Assembly: GCA_041750285.1 (NCBI GenBank)
Contig: JBGSZS010000008.1
Coordinates: forward strand, 84,060 to 148,059
DNA: 64,000 nucleotides
Direction of reading: 5' to 3'
Source of the DNA: Candidatus Fermentibacteraceae bacterium
GTDB taxonomy: Bacteria; Fermentibacterota; Fermentibacteria; Fermentibacterales; JCC-6
Shown: positions 46,013-54,122 of the stretch, in pieces
How positions within the stretch are numbered: the stretch's first letter is position 1
Layout: each line of letters begins with the position of its first letter
The notes under the pieces: generated by a model
Told to the model about the DNA's origin: nothing
Databases searched by the model: none
What the model saw: only the letters and a program-made list of their open reading frames with translations
Made by a program: the position numbers and the translations under genes

Positions 46013-46837
46013 TCAGTCAAAGAGCGCCAGAACGGGCTCGGCCAACGCTTCCATGGCCTTCGCCGTGGCGGACTTGCCGTAATGGTAGACGAAGGGTCTG
46101 CCTTCGTCACCCGACTCCACTATTGCCGGATCAATGGGGATCCTGCCCAGGAAGGGAACCGAATATGCCCTGGCGGTGTCTTCGCCTCCCGTTCCACGGA
46201 AAACCTGTGTGACCTCGCCGCACTTCGGGCAGGCGAAACCGCTCATGTTCTCCACCACGCCAATGACAGGAACACCAAGTTTCATGCAGAAGTCGATCGA
46301 CTTCCTAACGTCGGCAGCCGCCACCTTCTGGGGAGTGGTAACGATCACGGCGCCATCCACCCTTTCCAGGAGCTGAACAACTGAGAGGGGTTCGTCCCCT
46401 GTTCCTGGAGGACAGTCCACCACGAGGAAGTCGAGTTTTCCCCACTCCACGTGCTTCACGAACTGTTCAATGAGGTTCATCTTCATTGGACCCCGCCATA
46501 TCAGAGCATCGTCGGTGTTTCGCAGCAGAAAGCCAACGCTCATGACCTTGAGGCCCGAGCTCTCCACCGGGATCAGTGCCTCTTCCCGGGTCTCGACCCC
46601 TTCCAGCCCCAGACCGAGCATCATGGGGACACTGGGTCCGTGAATGTCGACATCGAGAAGACCGACGCTTCTGCCCTGCATCGAAAGGCTGACCGCCAGG
46701 TTCACTGCGACTGTGCTTTTTCCCACACCGCCCTTGCCGGAAAGAACAAGGATCCTGTGTGCCACTGAATCGGTTCCAATGCCGATGGCCTTCGCATCAG
46801 AAGTGTCGGTGCCCATGTATCGTTCCTCTTTTTCCAT
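46013..46837 (-). CDS. Mrp/NBP35/ApbC family Fe-S cluster carrier ATPase
   Basis: ILVLSGKGGVGKSTVAVNLA deviant Walker A, and the CxxC pair ..GFACPKCGE. Confidence 0.8.
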   Translation of the reverse strand: MEKEERYMGTDTSDAKAIGIGTDSVAHRILVLSGKGGVGKSTVAVNLAVSLSMQGRSVGLLDVDIHGPSVPMMLGLGLEGVETREEALIPVESSGLKVMSVGFLLRNTDDALIWRGPMKMNLIEQFVKHVEWGKLDFLVVDCPPGTGDEPLSVVQLLERVDGAVIVTTPQKVAAADVRKSIDFCMKLGVPVIGVVENMSGFACPKCGEVTQVFRGTGGEDTARAYSVPFLGRIPIDPAIVESGDEGRPFVYHYGKSATAKAMEALAEPVLALFD

Positions 46838-46929
46838 ATTGGTGAAGGCCGGGGGTGCCGGCGGGAAAGACCTATGCCGGGAATATACCGGATCAACACA
46901 ACGATCCGGGCGGAAATTATGTTTGGCCC

Positions 46930-48321
46930 ATGCAGCCCAGACAGAGTGAACTCCGCCGGACGTTCCGCATCTCGATCACCGAGGGCGTGTTTTCCCAGGT
47001 GTACGGAAGCCTTGCCGGACCAGGCTCGGCATTCCTGACAAGGCTGCTGGTATTCCTGGGGGCAGGTCCACTGCACTTCAGCCTTCTGTCGGCCATCGGT
47101 CAGGTCTCAATGCTCTTCCAGCCCCTTGGCATCATAGCGGGACGCGGCAGCACACTGAAGAAGCAGAGGGTCATCGGCTGGGCTGCCGCGGGAAGGTCAC
47201 TCACACCGCTCCTCGGGCTGGCTCCCCTCCTGCTTCCACGTTCCCTGGCCCTGCCCGGGGTCCTTGCAGTGTTCTTCGTCATCACATCAATTCTCGCCGT
47301 CTCTACCAACATGTGGATGGGCTGGATCGCCCACATGGTGCCCAGGAAGATCAGAGGCCGGTTCTTCGCAAAACGCAACGCCGTGCTGATGACCTTCGGG
47401 CTCATCGTCAGCTTTGCCTTCGGCATGTGGCTGGATGCATACGGCACACCGCCCACCGGTGCCGGAGCGCTGGTCGCCAGGGTCTTCAGCCTCTCCCCTG
47501 ACGGGCTGCCCCGTGCGCTTCTGGCAACCTTTGTCACCGCCGGTGTTCTTGGCATCGCCGGGCTGTTGATACTGCGCAGACAGCCCGAACGCATGGAACC
47601 TGAAACCAGCGATACGCTTGGAAGCACGGTCCTTGAACCGCTGAGAGACCCCAATTTCAGAAGGCTGTGCTTCTTCGGGGCTTGGTGGATGATGGCTGTC
47701 GGTGTGGGAGCCCCATTCTGGCAGCCCTTCATGATCCAGGTGCTGGGGATGGGTCTTGTGGAAATGCTCCTCTACGGCGCCGTGAGCACAGCGGGCGCCG
47801 TCCTGACGCTCAGGTACTGGGGCAGGCTCATTGACAGCTACGGCAACAAGACGGCGATGAAACTGGCTATCATCGCCGGATCGGTCATTCCCCTGGTCTG
47901 GCTGTTCGTCACAAGGGAGACCAGGTGGCTTCTCGTTTTCGAAGCCGCGGCATCCGGCAGCATGTGGGGTTGTGTGGGTGTCGTCACGGCGAACCTCGTT
48001 CTGGCAGTTGCACCCAGGGGAAGGGAACAGGCGTACAGCGGGCTTTACAGTGCGGTATGCGGCCTTGCGATGATCTTCACCATGCTTGCTTCAGGGGTGT
48101 TCATGCCCGGGCAGCTGCGGATCCTTGGGCATTCACTCCATCCGATGCAGGTCCTATTCCTGGCCACGGCGTTCGCCAGGCTTTCAGCGGAGATCCCCCT
48201 AAGGTTCGTCGAAGAGCCGGATGCGGTAGGTGTATCAGTTGTCCTGAGAAGGTTCCTGTTCTGGAACAAGGTTCGATTCCCCATGCCCAGGGTGTTCTTC
48301 AGGTCAGGGAAGGACAGATGA
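46930..48321 (+). CDS. MFS transporter
   Basis: 12 hydrophobic segments with MFS-like loop motifs. Start placed at an internal Met. Confidence 0.65.
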   Translation: MQPRQSELRRTFRISITEGVFSQVYGSLAGPGSAFLTRLLVFLGAGPLHFSLLSAIGQVSMLFQPLGIIAGRGSTLKKQRVIGWAAAGRSLTPLLGLAPLLLPRSLALPGVLAVFFVITSILAVSTNMWMGWIAHMVPRKIRGRFFAKRNAVLMTFGLIVSFAFGMWLDAYGTPPTGAGALVARVFSLSPDGLPRALLATFVTAGVLGIAGLLILRRQPERMEPETSDTLGSTVLEPLRDPNFRRLCFFGAWWMMAVGVGAPFWQPFMIQVLGMGLVEMLLYGAVSTAGAVLTLRYWGRLIDSYGNKTAMKLAIIAGSVIPLVWLFVTRETRWLLVFEAAASGSMWGCVGVVTANLVLAVAPRGREQAYSGLYSAVCGLAMIFTMLASGVFMPGQLRILGHSLHPMQVLFLATAFARLSAEIPLRFVEEPDAVGVSVVLRRFLFWNKVRFPMPRVFFRSGKDR

Positions 48322-49149
48322 GGGGGGAAGAAGCTCCCCGAGCCTCTTCTTCTCACCCGGCAGATCGAGCAGCTTCCTGAGCTTCGTCATTGTCTTCGAG
48401 ATCCCATGGTAATGCCTGAACCTGTGTCCGGGGTTTCTCACCCTTGTACGGGGCTGACCGGGATCCACCTCCCAGGGGTGCATGTAGAAGATGTACAGCC
48501 CTGTCCTTTCGAGATGCTTCAATGCCAGCCTCACGAACAGCCAATACGGGAAGAGCCTGAAATACCCTCCGCCCGAAATGGGTATCCTGAAGCCGAGGAA
48601 TCTTTCCATGGGCATCGGGAGTTCGGTGATCCCTGAATGGTGTGTGAACATTCCGAACGGTGCTTCAGTCATTGTAAGCTTCCCGTATCTGTCGTGCATG
48701 GCAAAGGGGTTCAGGCTGGAGTCGTAACGGTAGCCGGCTTCGAACAGCATCTCGAGAAGCATGTCGGACACCGAGAAGCAGGGGGCCCTGTAACCCCTTA
48801 CCTCCTTCCCGGTCAGATCCTCGAGCATCTTTTTGGATGCAGTGATGTCCCTTTTCAACTCCGATACGGTCAGGAGGTTGTTCATGATGTGCCCGTAACC
48901 GTGGGAAGCCACTTCGTGGCCCGCTTCGGAAATGGCCCGCACCAGGGAGGGATTTCTTTCGGCGATCCATCCAAGCACGAAGAAGGTGGCTGGAACCGAA
49001 GCCTCGGACAGAACGTCCAGAATGCGCATTGTGCTGGCCTCGACCCTTGATTCCCTGTTGTCCCATGAGTCGGCAGGATGGGCGGTCCTGAGGTTTTCAG
49101 CCTGAAACCAGTCCTCGACATCGATCGTTATGCATACAGCGCCCGCCAT
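48304..49149 (-). CDS. Polysaccharide deacetylase (NodB/CE4 fold; DVEDWFQ-type subfamily)
   Basis: ITIDVEDWFQ N-terminal motif, ATFFVLGWIAERNPSLVRAISEAGHEVASHGYGH metal-binding His motifs. Confidence 0.75.
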   Translation of the reverse strand: MAGAVCITIDVEDWFQAENLRTAHPADSWDNRESRVEASTMRILDVLSEASVPATFFVLGWIAERNPSLVRAISEAGHEVASHGYGHIMNNLLTVSELKRDITASKKMLEDLTGKEVRGYRAPCFSVSDMLLEMLFEAGYRYDSSLNPFAMHDRYGKLTMTEAPFGMFTHHSGITELPMPMERFLGFRIPISGGGYFRLFPYWLFVRLALKHLERTGLYIFYMHPWEVDPGQPRTRVRNPGHRFRHYHGISKTMTKLRKLLDLPGEKKRLGELLPPSSVLP

Positions 49150-49910
49150 CAGAAAAGCTTCTTCCCCGTTGCGAGGAACTGCCCCACCGAAGCCCTGTCC
49201 GGAAAGGAGAAGTAGGTGGCCTCACTGACGTCACATTCCTCGGGGTTCTCAAAATGCCGTTTGAACTCGAGAAGGAAGTCGACCATCATCCGCGCGCCCT
49301 CTCTTTTTGTCTTCGAAATGGCGCTGTCGAGGCTTCTGCAGTCACTGATGGAAACCGAACGCTGAAGAAGGATGTCTCCCGAATCGAGTTTCTCGATCAT
49401 CTTGTGTATCGTGATACCGATGGTTTCGCACCCGTCCCTCATCTGCCAGTACACCGGCATCATGCCCTGATACTTCGGCAGAAGGCTGCTGTGGATGTTT
49501 ATGCAACCGTACGCCGGAGCAGACAGAAGCTTCTCCCTGAAGATGCGAGACGCCGCCACGGATATCACCACGTCCTGCTCTCCGGCGAATTTCAGGAATT
49601 CCTTCGAATGGATGTTCTCGACGTACAGGAACCGGGCGCCGATTCTTTCGGCAAACCTTTTCGTGGTCCGCCTTCTCATGATGGAACTCACGTACTTCCA
49701 GAACACCCTCACCGTTCCACCGGGGCCGTAGAAACCAAAGACCCTTTTGAAGAGGGAAAGCATGGAATCCCTGCCCAGTGGGACCAGGGACACGAGGGCG
49801 TTCACCGACACTCCGTTCTGCCTGAGCTTGTTCACGTGCTTCGTGAACTCCTCCCAGAACACGGAGATGTAGATCGGGTCCTCCTGGGTGATGAAGACGA
49901 CTTTAAGCAT
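49149..49910 (-). CDS. Formyltransferase-domain protein (Fmt/PurN/ArnA-N-like)
   Basis: NIHSSLLPKYQG matches the HxSLLPxxxG catalytic motif of formyltransferases. N-terminal Rossmann-like KVVFIT. Confidence 0.65.
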   Translation of the reverse strand: MLKVVFITQEDPIYISVFWEEFTKHVNKLRQNGVSVNALVSLVPLGRDSMLSLFKRVFGFYGPGGTVRVFWKYVSSIMRRRTTKRFAERIGARFLYVENIHSKEFLKFAGEQDVVISVAASRIFREKLLSAPAYGCINIHSSLLPKYQGMMPVYWQMRDGCETIGITIHKMIEKLDSGDILLQRSVSISDCRSLDSAISKTKREGARMMVDFLLEFKRHFENPEECDVSEATYFSFPDRASVGQFLATGKKLF

Positions 49911-50034
49911 CCGATGGTCCCTTTCCGTTGGCGCAACGGTGGAAGAATACCGAAGACTCAACGGTTACCGCAATACCCGCAGCATGGGCAGGGAACAAAA
50001 AAGCCGTGAGGCTTATATACTTTCATCGCAACGA

Positions 50035-50637
50035 ATGTTTCCGCACTCTTCGAAGGGAGCTTCCTTGAACAGGTACCTGCCTGTGGCGATTGCAATTGCC
50101 GCGCTGTTCGCTGCCGGATGCATGAGTTCCTCCCAGCTCGGGATCCCGTCAAACTTCGCAAAGAGCCCGGTTTTCGAGACGAAAGCAGTCTGGCGTACAG
50201 CGGTTCTTCCGCCTGTCGGAGCCGTTCCCGGCCTGAACCAGGGCCAGGGAGTCTACGATTACGCAGGAATGGCCCTGCTTCGAACCGGTCGCTTCACGGT
50301 CGTGGACCGTTCAGCTGTTGACCAGATACTCCGCGAGCAGGAGTTCTCATACTCCGGTGTTGCGGATCAGGCAACAGCGGTCCAGCTGGGCCGTCTGCTC
50401 GGAGCCGAGGCCGTCATGCTTGTAAGCATAGCGTCGGTGACCCACGATGATTTCTGGTCGGACACGCCGGAACAGCGGGATGCGGAACTGCATGTGAAGA
50501 TCATCTCCGTGGAGACTTCCGAGATACTCTACACGGCAGTGGGACAGGGTTCAGATTTCGACGGCGCCGACGGCGCCCTCAGATCCGCCCTTGAGATGGC
50601 TCTGACGGGTATCGGCAGCCAGGGGGGCATCCGATGA
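50035..50637 (+). CDS. CsgG/LpoB/TolB-N-like lipoprotein
   Basis: Lipobox AAGC. ..TAVLPPVGAV..AGMALLRTGRFTVVDRSAVDQILREQEFSYSGVADQATAVQLGRLLGAEAVMLVSIASV matches the shared CsgG/LpoB/TolB-N motif. Confidence 0.5.
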   Translation: MFPHSSKGASLNRYLPVAIAIAALFAAGCMSSSQLGIPSNFAKSPVFETKAVWRTAVLPPVGAVPGLNQGQGVYDYAGMALLRTGRFTVVDRSAVDQILREQEFSYSGVADQATAVQLGRLLGAEAVMLVSIASVTHDDFWSDTPEQRDAELHVKIISVETSEILYTAVGQGSDFDGADGALRSALEMALTGIGSQGGIR

Positions 50638-51590
50638 AAGCAGCCTTGGTAACAGTAATGGCGGCGATTCTCGTATCCGCATGCGGAACTTCGACATCCC
50701 TGTCAGGTTCGGGTGCGGCCGCGGTTCTCTCTCCAGCCTCATCGGAGGCTACTGCAGCGCTTATCGGGGAAGTCCTCTTCTCCGGTCCCCCCCCGGCAGC
50801 AGCGCCCCGTGAAGTACTCGAATCCTTCCCGGAGGGGGAGGTGGACTGGTCGGGCAACTCTGTCAGGGCAACCGGCACCGGGGTTATCGACCCGCAGAAC
50901 CCCAACACGGCGCAGGCAAGGCTCATGGCGGAGAGGGCGGCCGTTGTCGTTGCCCAGAGGAATCTGCTGGAGACAGTCGAGGGTGTCCGGGTGGATTCGG
51001 AGACCAGGGTGGAGAACTTCATGACCGATTACGACGTTATCCACACACGGGTACAGGGAGTGGTGCGAAATGCCCGTCAGGTCGGACAGACCAGATACGA
51101 CGCCGAGGCTGGAACGGTGGAAGTCGAGCTTCAGATGGACATCTACAGCCCGACAGGACTCTCCGGCGCCTTAAGTACGGCTCTTGCAGACCCACGCGCT
51201 TCTCTGGCAAGCCTCTCGCCCCAGGTGAGGGATTTTCTTTCGCAGTACTCCGGGCTGGTGATAGACGGCGGCGAAACCGGGCTGACTCCCTCGATGTTCC
51301 CGCGCATTTTCGACGAGAACGGCAATCTCATGCTGGACACCAGCCAGTACGCTTCATACCTTGGTTCGGGCGCCGACGCCGGTCTGAAGTTCATCTCGGA
51401 CCTTCAGGGCATACTGGATCAGAGCGGTCTGTCGGGGTCACCACTCGTACTCGACGCCATCGATGCCGTCGGTGAGTTCGGCAGTGACATCGTGATCTCC
51501 ACCGCAGGGACAGGCGGAGGGAACATTCTCGAACAGGCCCTGCCCTACCTTCTCAGCGCCGGGCGTTTCCTCATGAGGGTCATCCTGTGA
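50634..51590 (+). CDS. LPP20/FlgP-like lipoprotein
   Basis: Lipobox VSAC. RATGTGVIDPQ...AQARLMAERAAVVVAQRNLLETVEGVRVDSETRVEN matches the LPP20/FlgP pattern. 4-nt overlaps with both neighbours. Confidence 0.45.
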   Translation: MKAALVTVMAAILVSACGTSTSLSGSGAAAVLSPASSEATAALIGEVLFSGPPPAAAPREVLESFPEGEVDWSGNSVRATGTGVIDPQNPNTAQARLMAERAAVVVAQRNLLETVEGVRVDSETRVENFMTDYDVIHTRVQGVVRNARQVGQTRYDAEAGTVEVELQMDIYSPTGLSGALSTALADPRASLASLSPQVRDFLSQYSGLVIDGGETGLTPSMFPRIFDENGNLMLDTSQYASYLGSGADAGLKFISDLQGILDQSGLSGSPLVLDAIDAVGEFGSDIVISTAGTGGGNILEQALPYLLSAGRFLMRVIL

Positions 51591-52753
51591 GTCGGTTCGC
51601 GGGAGCGCTTCTGGTTCTGGTCGTGGCGGCGGGCTGCGGCACGCAGGTGGCAACGCCTCAAACACCACCGCCCGATCCCGGAACACCTCCCGGACAGGGT
51701 GAAACCGAAGTGCTGTGCGAGGGTGTTTCAGCGGTGACGGGCAGGCTTGACGCTTCGCGAGACCAGGCGATCTCCGATGCGCTCAGGAAGGCCGTCGAAC
51801 AGGGCGTTGGTGCTTTCATAGACGGAGAGACACAGGTCGAGAATTTCCAGCTCATATCCGACAGGATCTACAGCCGGGTCAGCGGTTTCGTTTCGAGCTA
51901 CCGCGTGATACACGAGGAGCAGTCGGAAGGTCTCCACCGCGTGGTCGTCCGGGCGGTGGTGAACACCGAAGGCATAGAAGATGACCTTGCAGCAATCGGA
52001 ATACTGGTGGCCGGGCAGGGAAGGCCCCGGGTGATGGTCGTGGTGAGGGAGATCCGGGACCGTTCCGCCGCAGGCCCTGAAGTCATCGACGAAACGGGAT
52101 CAATGTTCGAGACACAACTCCTCGAGGGGTTCAGAAGGAAAGGCTTTCCCGTCGTGGATGCGGCGACGGCCGCTGATGTCATCCGGCGGGACCAGCTTCT
52201 TCTCATCCTCGAGGGGGATGACCGCACGGCGGCCCTGGTGGGAATGGAAGCTGGTGCTGAGATAATCGTCTCGGGAACTGTGACGGGAAGCCTCGAAAGC
52301 CGTCTCATCGCGGGATCACCGCGGGAAGTACACGTGTTCGATGTTGACTGCAGGGCCGTGAACACGCGCACGGCAGCTTTGCTCGGTGCTTCGGCCTCGA
52401 CGACCGAAGTGCCGTTCAGTGAGGGCCAGGCCCGTTCCAGGGCTTCTGAGAGAACCGCGGATGAACTCATCACTGCCATTCTTGAAGGATGGACCTCGAA
52501 CGTGAACTCCACGATGCTTCACGTGACCAACGCTGACTTCCAGTCACTCGAAGACCTCAGGGCGCGCATCCGTTCGGGGATCAGGGGGGTTACGGACGTT
52601 CTCGCAAGGGACTTCACCGGATCAAGGGCAACGCTCGAAGTCGTTTCCGAAACTTCATCGGCGGAAGTCATCGAAAGCCTCTCCGGCATTGGCGGAGGAT
52701 TCACGATCACAGGTTTGACGGGCAACAGGGTTGAGCTGAGACTGGAGGACTGA
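51587..52753 (+). CDS. Lipoprotein with an N-terminal LPP20/FlgP-like domain fused to a CsgG/LpoB-like domain
   Basis: Lipobox AAGC. LPP20-like segment (VTGRLDASRDQAISDALRKAVEQGVGAFIDGETQVEN) then CsgG-like segment (PRVMVVVREIRDRS..FPVVDAATAADVIRRDQLLL..AALVGMEAGAEIIVSGTVTG). Confidence 0.45.
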   Translation: MSRFAGALLVLVVAAGCGTQVATPQTPPPDPGTPPGQGETEVLCEGVSAVTGRLDASRDQAISDALRKAVEQGVGAFIDGETQVENFQLISDRIYSRVSGFVSSYRVIHEEQSEGLHRVVVRAVVNTEGIEDDLAAIGILVAGQGRPRVMVVVREIRDRSAAGPEVIDETGSMFETQLLEGFRRKGFPVVDAATAADVIRRDQLLLILEGDDRTAALVGMEAGAEIIVSGTVTGSLESRLIAGSPREVHVFDVDCRAVNTRTAALLGASASTTEVPFSEGQARSRASERTADELITAILEGWTSNVNSTMLHVTNADFQSLEDLRARIRSGIRGVTDVLARDFTGSRATLEVVSETSSAEVIESLSGIGGGFTITGLTGNRVELRLED

Positions 52754-52859
52754 TTCACCAGGTGCATTCCTGAACGTCGCTGCACGAAGGAACGGTGCAC
52801 CGGGAGAATCGCCCCCGTGATACGGCCCGGAAGGCGTTGCCACTACATGCGTTCCCCCG

Positions 52860-54110
52860 CTAGAGAACTCCCGCGATGAATGACGTGAGCTGCCCAAGCC
52901 GGTGGGTGTAGCTTCCCAGCTCGTTGTCGTACCAGCCGAACACCTTCACGTGGGTTACCGGGATCCTGCAGACACGGGGTTCACCCTCACACCGAGTTCT
53001 GTCACCACCATTCGCATCGGGGGGAATCTCGACATCCACAAAACCCGTCCGGGTGTGGGTTTCGACCGCTTCGATAACAACTGCGGCGTCTTCGCCCTTC
53101 ATGTCGACCGAGACGTTCTGCTCCTCACTGTATTTCACGAGCCCGGCAGCCTCGCCCTCGGATGCCTGACGGTAGATACCGTTTATGGAGTCCCGGTCGA
53201 TGAGGGGCTTCCCGTCCGGAGTCATCCCGGACTGGAAGGTGACGTTCAGGATGATGAGGCTCACGGTGGCCGTTGGGATCCGCACCGATTCCGCCATGAA
53301 ACCAATGCGCGAAACCTCCGGCATAACCTGCTCGAGGGCTTTCGCAGCCCCCGTCGATGTCACCACCATGCTGGCCATTCCCGAGCGGTTCTTGCGCAGG
53401 TCCTTTGCACCGGATCCCGGGACGCTGTCGAGGACGGGCTGACTCGCCGTAACGGCGTGAATCGTGCTCATGCCGGCAGTGATCATTCTTCTCGTGAGGT
53501 CGCGGTCGAGGAGGGGGCGCATCATGTGAGCCAGCGCGGTGGTCGTGCAGGAACCGGCTGAGATCACTGTATGGCTCCCCGGTTCGAACTGGTAGTGGTT
53601 TATGCCGTAGATCATCATCTTGCTGTCTTCAGGGTCGGGTACGTTCTTCTGCCTGCTCTTGAAAGGTGCACTGAGAAGCACCACCCTCGCACCTGCAGCA
53701 ATGTGGCCCCGCAGGGATCCGCCCGGGGTGTCGGGGTCGTCGTGGGGGTCGACAAAGGTTCCCGTGCAGTCGACAACCACTCCCACGCCGTTGTCCCTCC
53801 ACGGAATGTCCCTTGGGTTCCGGGCCTCGCGCAGGATCCTCACCTCACGGCCGTGGATGCTCAGCAGCCCTTCCTTCTCGCTGACCACCTGGCAGTCCGG
53901 TTTGCCCTTCTGCCCTGAAAGCCACCGGTGAAGCGACCCGTAGGTGCTGTCACGGGAGATGTAATGAGCCACAGACTCCAGTGATGTTCCGACCGGTCTT
54001 CCCGTGTTGATGACGAACCTTTGGAAATCGTCGTTCCCGAGATGGTGCCAGAGCGTCAGCTTGCCGATCCTGCCCAACCCGTTGATGCCAAGAACACGCT
54101 GTGTTCCCAT
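52860..54110 (-). CDS. Divergent glyceraldehyde-3-phosphate-dehydrogenase-family protein (GAPDH-like, with insertions)
   Basis: LGINGLGRIGKL NAD-binding start, catalytic-Cys region ISAGSCTTTALAH (compare SNASCTTNCLAP), C-terminal WYDNELGY. 416 aa against about 335 for canonical GapA. Confidence 0.6.
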   Translation of the reverse strand: MGTQRVLGINGLGRIGKLTLWHHLGNDDFQRFVINTGRPVGTSLESVAHYISRDSTYGSLHRWLSGQKGKPDCQVVSEKEGLLSIHGREVRILREARNPRDIPWRDNGVGVVVDCTGTFVDPHDDPDTPGGSLRGHIAAGARVVLLSAPFKSRQKNVPDPEDSKMMIYGINHYQFEPGSHTVISAGSCTTTALAHMMRPLLDRDLTRRMITAGMSTIHAVTASQPVLDSVPGSGAKDLRKNRSGMASMVVTSTGAAKALEQVMPEVSRIGFMAESVRIPTATVSLIILNVTFQSGMTPDGKPLIDRDSINGIYRQASEGEAAGLVKYSEEQNVSVDMKGEDAAVVIEAVETHTRTGFVDVEIPPDANGGDRTRCEGEPRVCRIPVTHVKVFGWYDNELGSYTHRLGQLTSFIAGVL

Positions 54111-54122
54111 TGCCAGTCCTCC

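Noticed and set aside
48268-48284. Second GGTTCGATTCC T-loop-like 11-mer
   Set aside because: It lies inside the MFS transporter coding sequence (codons VRFP) and the flanking bases cannot form a T-stem. Chance match.
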